From Bacteroidales bacterium (GTDB lineage: Bacteria; Bacteroidota; Bacteroidia; Bacteroidales; UBA10428), in NCBI GenBank assembly GCA_016933335.1, contig JAFGBD010000008.1:1353-65352 (forward strand): a stretch of 64,000 nt of DNA, read 5' to 3'. A model generated the notes under the pieces. The model searched no databases. It had not been told where the DNA came from and worked only from the letters and a program-made list of their open reading frames with translations. This document shows, in pieces, positions 56,731 to 64,000 of the stretch (position 1 is its first letter; each line of letters begins with the position of its first letter). A program made the translations under genes and the position numbers.

Positions 56731-58833
56731 ATGGCTACATTGGAAAAAATCAGAAATCGGATGGGATTGCTCGTAGCAATTATTATTGGTATGGCATTGC
56801 TGGCCTTCGTTATCGGAGACCTGCTGAATCAGGGCAGATCGATGTTCTCCAAGTCTCAATATGAAATTGCAAAAGTTGCAGGCAAATCCATTCCGTATAC
56901 TGAATTTGATCAGAGGGTTAACAGTTTTGTTGAAATCAATAAAATACAAACCGGACAGACCTCCCTGGATGAAAGCACCATAGATAATATTCGCGATGTA
57001 TCATGGGATTACATGATAGAAGAATTCATTATGTCAGACGAATATAAGAAGCTGGGTATTGCTGTTACCGGAGACGAACTGATGGATATGATCCAGGGCG
57101 AAAATCCCCATCCCATTATTCGTCAGGTATTTTCAGATCCGCAGACAGGAAGGTTAAACAGATCGTTTATGTTTGATTTCATTCAAAGGACATTGCAGGA
57201 AGAAACCAGCGAACGTAAAACATTCTGGCTTTACATTGAGAATGAGATTTTCAGGCAAAGAAGGCTGGCCAAGTTTAACAATCTTATCAGGCAAGGTCTT
57301 TACGTAACATCTTTGCAATCTGACCGTAAAGCCCAGGAATCCTCGAAAAAGATGGATATTGATTTTATCCTGCAGCGTTTTTCACTGATACCTGATTCAT
57401 TGATCAGTATTAATTCAAATGAGATTAAAAACTATTATAATGAACATCTGGAAAATTACAGGCAGGAAGCATCGCGCGATATTAAATTTGTAACATTTGA
57501 AGTAATACCATCTGAAGAAGACTTCATGGCAGCAGAAAACTGGATAAATAGTATTAAACCTGAATTCGAAGCTACCGATGAAACAAAGCAGTTTGTTAAC
57601 CTTCAATCTGATGTCCCTTATGACAGCCGCAACTATACAAAGGACGAATTACCTGAAACAATTGCAGATTATATGTTCAATGCTACTGTTGGAGATATCT
57701 ACGGTCCTTATTTTGAAAACAATGCTTACAAACTTGCAAAACTCGCTAAAATAGATTATCTGCCAGACTCAGTCAAGGCAAGACATATCCTGCTTCAGGC
57801 TACCCAGGAAAACTCAGCCCAGGTCATCCAGTTCGCTGACAGCCTGAAAGAAATGATTGAAAAGGGGGCTGACTTCGCTGAACTTGCACGCCAGTATTCA
57901 TCTGACGGAAGTGCACAGGAAGGTGGTGACCTTGGCTGGTTTGAGGAAGGTGATATGGTCAGGTCATTCAGCGACAGTTGTTTCTACGGCAAACCCGGAG
58001 ATATCAAACTGGTCGGATCACAATTTGGATTACACATCATTGAGATACTTGCCCAGTCAGAAGATGTTAAAAAGGTGCAGGTAGGAACCCTGGTCCGTAA
58101 TGTGGAACCTGGCCCCGAAACCGATCAGGGATATTATATCAGGGCCAGCGAATTTGCAGGCGTAAATAACACCTACGAAAAATTCAACCAGGCAATCGAA
58201 TCCCATAATCTTATACCCAGAACAGCACCTGGATTAAAACCTCTTGACAAGGAAATCACAGGTTTGGAATCACCAAGATTACTTGTAAAATGGGCTTACA
58301 ATGCAGATGAACATGATGTTTCCAATGTAATGAAATTTGGGAATAAGTACGTGGTGGCAACAGTTGAAGATGTAAAGGAGAAAGGATATGCAGATATTGA
58401 AGATGTCAAATTTGAAATTCAGCTTGAGTTAACCAAGCAACTAAAGGCTGAAAAACTGATTGAGGAAATCAATGCAAAATCAGGAGATGCTGAAAATATG
58501 GAAGCATTGGCTCGTTCACTAAAAACCGAGATATTAAATGCAGCTTCCGTCAATTTTGTATCAAGATCCATAACAAATATCGGTATTGAACCCAGGATAC
58601 CGGCAGCAGCCTTCGCACTTGAAACAGATGAGGTATCCGATCCAATTATTGGTAATAACGGTGTATATGTTATAACAGTCACTGCAGCTGACAAACCTGA
58701 AAATCTTGAATTTGTCGCAGAAAGAGAAAAGATGGCATACGAAAGAAGCTATACATCACAGGCCAATTATGCATCTTTCGAAGCTTTGAAGAGAAAAGCT
58801 GAAATAGTTGACAACAGGGCAGAGTTCTTTTAA
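56731..58833 (+). CDS. ppiD: Periplasmic chaperone / peptidyl-prolyl isomerase PpiD-like
   Basis: N-terminal membrane anchor (LLVAIIIGMALLAFVIG) and a parvulin domain (KARHILL ... GGDLGWFEEGDMV); 700 aa. Confidence 0.75.
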   Translation: MATLEKIRNRMGLLVAIIIGMALLAFVIGDLLNQGRSMFSKSQYEIAKVAGKSIPYTEFDQRVNSFVEINKIQTGQTSLDESTIDNIRDVSWDYMIEEFIMSDEYKKLGIAVTGDELMDMIQGENPHPIIRQVFSDPQTGRLNRSFMFDFIQRTLQEETSERKTFWLYIENEIFRQRRLAKFNNLIRQGLYVTSLQSDRKAQESSKKMDIDFILQRFSLIPDSLISINSNEIKNYYNEHLENYRQEASRDIKFVTFEVIPSEEDFMAAENWINSIKPEFEATDETKQFVNLQSDVPYDSRNYTKDELPETIADYMFNATVGDIYGPYFENNAYKLAKLAKIDYLPDSVKARHILLQATQENSAQVIQFADSLKEMIEKGADFAELARQYSSDGSAQEGGDLGWFEEGDMVRSFSDSCFYGKPGDIKLVGSQFGLHIIEILAQSEDVKKVQVGTLVRNVEPGPETDQGYYIRASEFAGVNNTYEKFNQAIESHNLIPRTAPGLKPLDKEITGLESPRLLVKWAYNADEHDVSNVMKFGNKYVVATVEDVKEKGYADIEDVKFEIQLELTKQLKAEKLIEEINAKSGDAENMEALARSLKTEILNAASVNFVSRSITNIGIEPRIPAAAFALETDEVSDPIIGNNGVYVITVTAADKPENLEFVAEREKMAYERSYTSQANYASFEALKRKAEIVDNRAEFF

Positions 58834-58865
58834 CCGGTCTGACAACACATTATTAATAGGTATCC

Positions 58866-60398
58866 TTAAAAGGGAACCTCGTCACTGAAATCGCTGTCTT
58901 TCTTTAAGTCTGAATAGTCAGATTTTTTTACATCCGAATTTTTATTCATTTTTGAACCAATGGTTAACGGGGAAGTTACAGGCATTTCTTCATCAAGTGG
59001 TGCAAGGTAGTCAGTATCAAGATCAACAAACTTGGCAAATTCGTCCTTAAAACGAAGCATGATTTCTCCTATAGGACCGTTCCTGTGCTTGGCAAGAATG
59101 ATCTCAGCCATTCCCTTCAGTGAATTGCCTTCTTCATCTTCAAGAAATCCGTATTTTTCAGGACGATGAATAAAAATCACCATATCAGCATCCTGTTCAA
59201 TGGCTCCTGACTCCCTGAGATCTGACAGCTGGGGTCTTTTACTGCCGGAGCGGATCTCTACAGAACGGTTCAGCTGTGAAAGGGCAATAACCGGAACATC
59301 GAGTTCTTTTGCTATTCCTTTTAATGCCCTCGAAATATTACTCACTTCCTGCTCACGGTTACCCCTTGTGTCAGTCGTACCGGTCATCAGCTGCAGATAA
59401 TCAATAATAATGATATCTATGTTATGCTGGCGTTTTAACCTGCGGCATTTGGCCCGAAGTTCAAAGATGGATATGGCCGGGGTATCATCAATATAAATGG
59501 GTGCTTCCAGCAGACTATTGATCTTATAATCAAGCTGCTCCCATTCATAGTCTTTTAATCTTCCGTTCCGGATCCTGTCCGAAGGTAATTCCGTTTCAGC
59601 GACAATTAACCGGTTAACCAACTGAATATTGGACATCTCAAGCGAAAAAACGGCAACCGACTTATGATTCATAACAGCCATGCTTCTCGCCATGGTTAAC
59701 ACAAGAGCAGTTTTCCCCATGGAAGGTCTTGCAGCGATGATAATCAAATCTGATTTTTGCCACCCACTTGTCAGACGGTCCAGTTTTGTAAAACCGGAAG
59801 GAACACCGATCAGGCTGTCCTCGCGTTTACCCGCTTCTTCAATCTGATGAATGGCCTCTTTTATAAGCGCGTTGATTTTGATCGTTTCCTTCTTGATATT
59901 GCTTTGTGACACATTGAAAAGCTCACTTTCAGAGAAATCAAGCAGGTCATTGACATCAATGCTGTCATCAAATGCACGGTTCTGGATTTCTGTGGATACC
60001 CTGATCAGTTCCCTCTGAATATACTTCTGAGCAACAATCCTGGAGTGATAATCCACATGAGCAGCAGAAGCAACACGACTGGTCAGTTGAGTAATATACA
60101 ACGGACCTCCAATCTCATCAAGCTGGTTGCGTTTTCTAAGTTCCTCTGTTACAGTCAGTATATCAATCGCCTTATCATTTGAGGATAAGTCGATGATGGC
60201 CTGAAAGATCTTTTGATGCTCTTCTTTGTAAAAGCTTTCAGGTATCAGAATATCCATCACCTCAACAATGGCATTTTTCTCCAGCATAATGGCTCCGAGA
60301 ACGGCTTCTTCAAGTTCAATCGCCTGGGGAGGTATTTTTCCAAGATCCAGATCCATCTGGCTGACTTTTGCCGGGGGGGTGTTTCTTTTCTGTGCCAT
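58866..60398 (-). CDS. dnaB: Replicative DNA helicase DnaB
   Basis: PPQAIELEEAVLGAIM, Walker A ARPSMGKTAL, IIIIDYLQLM and SQLNRSVE. No intein-sized insertion (510 aa). Confidence 0.95.
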   Translation of the reverse strand: MAQKRNTPPAKVSQMDLDLGKIPPQAIELEEAVLGAIMLEKNAIVEVMDILIPESFYKEEHQKIFQAIIDLSSNDKAIDILTVTEELRKRNQLDEIGGPLYITQLTSRVASAAHVDYHSRIVAQKYIQRELIRVSTEIQNRAFDDSIDVNDLLDFSESELFNVSQSNIKKETIKINALIKEAIHQIEEAGKREDSLIGVPSGFTKLDRLTSGWQKSDLIIIAARPSMGKTALVLTMARSMAVMNHKSVAVFSLEMSNIQLVNRLIVAETELPSDRIRNGRLKDYEWEQLDYKINSLLEAPIYIDDTPAISIFELRAKCRRLKRQHNIDIIIIDYLQLMTGTTDTRGNREQEVSNISRALKGIAKELDVPVIALSQLNRSVEIRSGSKRPQLSDLRESGAIEQDADMVIFIHRPEKYGFLEDEEGNSLKGMAEIILAKHRNGPIGEIMLRFKDEFAKFVDLDTDYLAPLDEEMPVTSPLTIGSKMNKNSDVKKSDYSDLKKDSDFSDEVPF

Positions 60399-60569
60399 TA
60401 TTATATTTGCTTGATTTACTGATAGTTAATATGTGTCAGGGATCAATCCCCGTATGTTACAAAAGTAAGCAGGCATTCCACTAAATAAATAAAAATGCCC
60501 GCTTCTTTATGAACAGTTTTTACATATATTGGATGAACAATTGTTAAAAACCGGTTAAAAGTATTTTCT

Positions 60570-60598
60570 TTTGCCGGAAATATGATTCATTAACTTTG
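60570..60598 (+). promoter_or_regulatory. Candidate promoter of ispE
   Basis: TTTG-N17-TAACTTTG, ending 15 nt before the ATG at 60614. Confidence 0.4.
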
Positions 60599-60613
60599 AA
60601 TTAAAATCATTTT

Positions 60614-61438
60614 ATGATCTGTTTCCCCAATGCCAAGATAAACATCGGTCTGCGTATTCTCGAAAAGATGCCTGACGGCTATCATCATATAGAAACCGTT
60701 TTTTGTCCTGTCGGACTTACTGATGTTCTTGAATTTCTTGAGGACTCATCTTTAAACAACGGCACCTGCATGTTAAAAACCACAGGGCTGTCTGTCAGCG
60801 TTCCTTCAGAGAAAAACCTTGTTGCAAAAGCATATGATCTTATGAACCGGAAGAAAAGCCTGCCCGGCATACGGGTGCATCTGCATAAAATAATACCCAT
60901 GGGAGCCGGACTGGGAGGCGGTTCTTCAGACGCTGCCTTTATGCTTAAAAGCCTGAACGAGGTTTACCAGCTCGGATTAAGCCGGGAGGAGATGGCCAAT
61001 ATTGCTGCAAAAATCGGAAGTGATTGTCCGTTTTTTTTAAGAAATGCTCCCGTTTTTGCCTCCGGGAAAGGAGAAAGGTTCAGGGAGATCAATGCTGGTC
61101 TCGGCGGCCTTTATCTGGTGATGGTACTTCCCGGGATCCATGTCAGTACTGTTGAAGCATATGCATCGGTCCGGCCAAAAAAACCTGAAAAATCGTTGTA
61201 TGACTTGATCAAATTGCCATTACACTCCTGGAAAGAAAATATCATAAACGATTTTGAAATGACCATATTCAATAAACATCCTGAGCTTGGAAAAATAAAG
61301 GAGGAACTTTATAAGCTTGGGGCTGTATATGCGTCTATGTCAGGGAGCGGATCAGCCGTGTACGGTTTGTTTTCAGATCCCCCTCAAAGTATGGGCCACA
61401 TTGAAAAATACCTTTGCTGGAAAGGCAAACTGGAATAA
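60614..61438 (+). CDS. ispE: 4-diphosphocytidyl-2-C-methyl-D-erythritol kinase
   Basis: KINIGLRI and the GHMP kinase motif PMGAGLGGGSSDAA. Confidence 0.92.
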   Translation: MICFPNAKINIGLRILEKMPDGYHHIETVFCPVGLTDVLEFLEDSSLNNGTCMLKTTGLSVSVPSEKNLVAKAYDLMNRKKSLPGIRVHLHKIIPMGAGLGGGSSDAAFMLKSLNEVYQLGLSREEMANIAAKIGSDCPFFLRNAPVFASGKGERFREINAGLGGLYLVMVLPGIHVSTVEAYASVRPKKPEKSLYDLIKLPLHSWKENIINDFEMTIFNKHPELGKIKEELYKLGAVYASMSGSGSAVYGLFSDPPQSMGHIEKYLCWKGKLE

Positions 61439-61509
61439 AGGAAGCTCATTATGGCAGATGCATTATTCGGGATTCTCTGATCGGACTGTAAGGTTTTCAG
61501 ATTTTTAAA

Positions 61510-61854
61510 TTATTCATATTCCACCATTACAAAACCTTTAGGAATTTTATCTCCCTTTTTTACATTTACTTTTTTAATTCTTCCTGAATGGGGATAATAA
61601 CAGGTGTTCTGCATTTTCATGGCCTCAAGTACCAGCATGGTATCGCCAGCTCTCACAAGACCGTTCTCTTTGGCAAATACTTCAACAACCTTCCCCGGAA
61701 GAACCGATAATATGATTTTTTCATCCGGTTTCTGCCACTTTTTCCTGTTTCTAAACTTGTTGGGAAAAAGCGTCCTGTACTTTTCACCATGTATCATCAA
61801 AGTCTTATACCTGATCTTACGGCAAGCCTGTTCTTCATTTGACTCTTTCTTCAT
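61510..61854 (-). CDS. Biotin carboxyl carrier (biotinyl/lipoyl domain) subunit
   Basis: Biotinylation motif LEAMKMQN in a ~70-aa C-terminal domain, with a basic N-terminal extension. It lies directly downstream of the carboxyltransferase. Confidence 0.8.
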   Translation of the reverse strand: MKKESNEEQACRKIRYKTLMIHGEKYRTLFPNKFRNRKKWQKPDEKIILSVLPGKVVEVFAKENGLVRAGDTMLVLEAMKMQNTCYYPHSGRIKKVNVKKGDKIPKGFVMVEYE

Positions 61855-61904
61855 ACAATTTTAATATCCTGAGGTTTAACAAACAGAATGAATAATGTCG
61901 CCGG

Positions 61905-63449
61905 TTAAAATGGAGGCACCCCATGCTTTTTCACAGGAAGAGATACTGATTTCTGTTTTGCTACCTCAATGGCATGCAGCAGGATGTTCCGTGTTTCAGA
62001 AGGTTCAATCACCGAGTCGATGTATCCCCGGGCGGCTGCAACATAAGGATTGGCAAATTTTTGCTTATACTCTTCCACCTTCTCTTTTCGCATCTTCTCA
62101 GGGTTCTCTGCATTCATGATTTCTTTCCGGAAAATAATATTCGCTGCACCTTCCGGTCCCATCACTGCTATTTCGGCTGTAGGCCATGCAAATACAAAAT
62201 CTGCACGCAGATGACGGGAACCCATTGCAATGTAACCTCCACCATATGCCTTTCTCAATATGACTGTCATCTTTGGAATTGTGGCTTCGCTGTATGCATA
62301 CAGCATCTTTGCCCCGTGCCTGATGACGCCTGCGTGTTCCTGATCAACACCGGGCAGATAACCTGGCAGGTCAACCAGCGTAATGATCGGAATGTTAAAG
62401 GCATCACAATACCTGATGAAACGTGAAGCTTTGTCAGAAGAATCCACATCCAGCACCCCGGCGAGCACCAGCGGCTGATTGCAGATAAATCCACAGGTTT
62501 CTCCGTTCATGCGGGCAAAACCTATGACCATATTCTTCGCCCAGCTCTCCTGAACTTCAAAGAATTCTGAACCATCTGCAACAGATCTTACCACATCCCT
62601 GATATCATATGGCTGGCGCGGATCATCGGGAACGATATTCTCAATATCATATTCCGGCAAGGGAAGCCGGCTTTCCTGCTTTATCGGTTTGTCCCTGTTG
62701 CTCCACGGTATAAAAGTCATTAGTTTTTTAATCTGCTCAAAGCATTCATTTTCACTTTCAGCATAGAAATGGGCATTCCCGGTAATTTCACTATGAACCC
62801 TGGCTCCTCCTAAATCTTCCATGGATATTTCTTCGCCAAGCACGGTCTTAATGACCTCAGGGCCTGTTATAAACATTTTGGAAATGTTATTGACCACAAA
62901 TACAAAATCTGTCAGTGCAGGGGAATATACTGCTCCTCCGGCACACGGACCAAGAATAACTGAAATCTGGGGAATGACACCCGAGGAGAGGGTATTGCGA
63001 AAGAAAATTTCACCATATCCTGCAAGCGAATTCACCCCTTCCTGTATCCTGGCTCCTCCCGAATCGTTAATGCCAATCAGGGGTACTCGCATTTTCAGGG
63101 CATGGTCCATAATCTTGATGATCTTACGTGAATGCATCAGACCCAGCGATCCTCCTGCCACTGTAAAATCCTGTGCAAAAATGCAGACAGACTTCCCGTA
63201 AACCGACCCTGTACCAATGATGACTCCATCACCATGCAGTATCTTTTTATGCATATCAAAATCACGGGCTTCATGCTCAACAAACAAATCATATTCCTGA
63301 AATGAATTTTCATCAAGCAGCTTTAAAATTCTTTCGCGGGCAGTTAATTTGCCCAATGCAATCTGTTTTTCAATTGCCTTTTCTCCACCGCCCATCTGAA
63401 CCAGTTCACGTTTTTTTTTGAGTTCCTGGATTTTTTTTTTCAATGCCAT
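61905..63449 (-). CDS. Acyl-CoA (methylmalonyl/propionyl-CoA) carboxyltransferase subunit
   Basis: 514 aa. Carboxyl_trans motifs seen: IFAQDFTVAGGSLG, GPCAGGAVYSPALTDF and KAYGGGYIAMG. Confidence 0.88.
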   Translation of the reverse strand: MALKKKIQELKKKRELVQMGGGEKAIEKQIALGKLTARERILKLLDENSFQEYDLFVEHEARDFDMHKKILHGDGVIIGTGSVYGKSVCIFAQDFTVAGGSLGLMHSRKIIKIMDHALKMRVPLIGINDSGGARIQEGVNSLAGYGEIFFRNTLSSGVIPQISVILGPCAGGAVYSPALTDFVFVVNNISKMFITGPEVIKTVLGEEISMEDLGGARVHSEITGNAHFYAESENECFEQIKKLMTFIPWSNRDKPIKQESRLPLPEYDIENIVPDDPRQPYDIRDVVRSVADGSEFFEVQESWAKNMVIGFARMNGETCGFICNQPLVLAGVLDVDSSDKASRFIRYCDAFNIPIITLVDLPGYLPGVDQEHAGVIRHGAKMLYAYSEATIPKMTVILRKAYGGGYIAMGSRHLRADFVFAWPTAEIAVMGPEGAANIIFRKEIMNAENPEKMRKEKVEEYKQKFANPYVAAARGYIDSVIEPSETRNILLHAIEVAKQKSVSLPVKKHGVPPF

Positions 63450-63678
63450 ATTTCCTTAGATTTTATTGTATTACTTCTGATAAAAGCTTTGAGACGGTTT
63501 AACCGTTTTAAGGAATGTAAATAAAAACTGAGTTCAGCTGATATCGTAAAGCAATATAAAGTATTGTAATGATATTATTTATTTTTGTTGTTATCCTGAC
63601 AGCATTTATTAAATGAACCGACAAAAATAGGAAAAAGAATCTGATTTACAGAAATCAAAGCGTTGATGTCTTTCTTTA

Positions 63679-64000
63679 TTATTTGGGTGCAATACGGTAT
63701 AGCAGAAATGCAATGAATGCAAATATGATGTTTGGTATCCACACTGCTATAAACGGATTGAATACTCCTCCAATTGCAAACTGGGTTGAAAACTGCATGA
63801 ACAGGATATAAGCAAAACTTAGCATCAGCCCGATTCCTATGTGCATACCTATTCCCCCTTTTGCTTTTCGTGAAGATACCGAAACGCCAATGATAGTAAG
63901 AATAAAGGTGGAAAAAGGAACAGAGAATCTTTTATACTTTTCAATCAGCGATAGTTTAATGTTTGAAGAGCCCTGCATTTTCTGGGAAGCAATGTATTCA
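63679..64000 (-). CDS. LptF/LptG-family (YjgP/YjgQ) permease, C-terminal part, truncated by window edge
   Basis: C-terminal TM helices with RKAKGGIGMHIGIGL ... FIAVWIPNIIFAFIAFLLY. The reading frame stays open upstream of the track's Met to position 64000 (...EYIASQK-M...). Confidence 0.7.
   Translation of the reverse strand, partial: EYIASQKMQGSSNIKLSLIEKYKRFSVPFSTFILTIIGVSVSSRKAKGGIGMHIGIGLMLSFAYILFMQFSTQFAIGGVFNPFIAVWIPNIIFAFIAFLLYRIAPK

Noticed and set aside
60373-60379. G7 (C7 on the coding strand) homopolymer in the first codons of dnaB as a slipped-strand phase-variation tract.
   Set aside because: It encodes Thr-Pro-Pro in an essential, intact gene. The run is short and there is no sign of a frameshift.

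Overview
This window looks like a chromosomal segment of a Bacteroidota genome. Supporting signs are roughly 40-43% GC on hand-counted lines, TTTG/TAnnTTTG-type promoters, an SprA/Sov T9SS translocon, LptC and LptF/G, and tandem rhomboids after mutL. It holds about 55 protein genes, almost all housekeeping. These include a glycogen cluster (GH57 fragment, GT4 synthase-like, debranching enzyme), dxr-rseP, tatA, an MltD-like transglycosylase, yidD, queD, mutL plus two rhomboids, a Kv-type K+ channel and gmhA. There is also a complete trpEGDCFBA operon, tig-clpP-clpX, pdxA, ruvA-sprA-gcvH, lysC, mfd, a coaX-OMP-TPR-lptC-CNNM-ppiD cluster, dnaB, ispE, and acyl-CoA carboxyltransferase plus BCCP. 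Two tRNAs are present: an initiator-type tRNA-Met(CAT) and tRNA-Leu(TAG). I found no rRNA, CRISPR array, transposase, integrase or recognisable defence gene. I do not see convincing evidence for a novel multi-gene system. The only accessory-looking stretch is a low-GC XRE/ImmA(IrrE) gene pair with a palindromic operator, next to the 3' end of the initiator tRNA. Four other observations are worth a second look:
- An unannotated 18-codon leader peptide with three consecutive Trp codons, plus a terminator and promoter, lies upstream of trpE. This is a classical attenuator.
- A ~38-nt hairpin plus A-rich cassette occurs in sense orientation directly upstream of both the gmhA and trpB start codons (33/38 identical).
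- A perfect 2 x 42-nt tandem duplication is inserted into the trpB copy of that cassette.
- Several long palindromes sit in ORF-free spacers around a lipoprotein-type agmatine-deiminase/PAD-family gene.
Gene starts were adjusted by eye where the ORF track begins upstream of an obvious signal peptide or conserved N-terminus.
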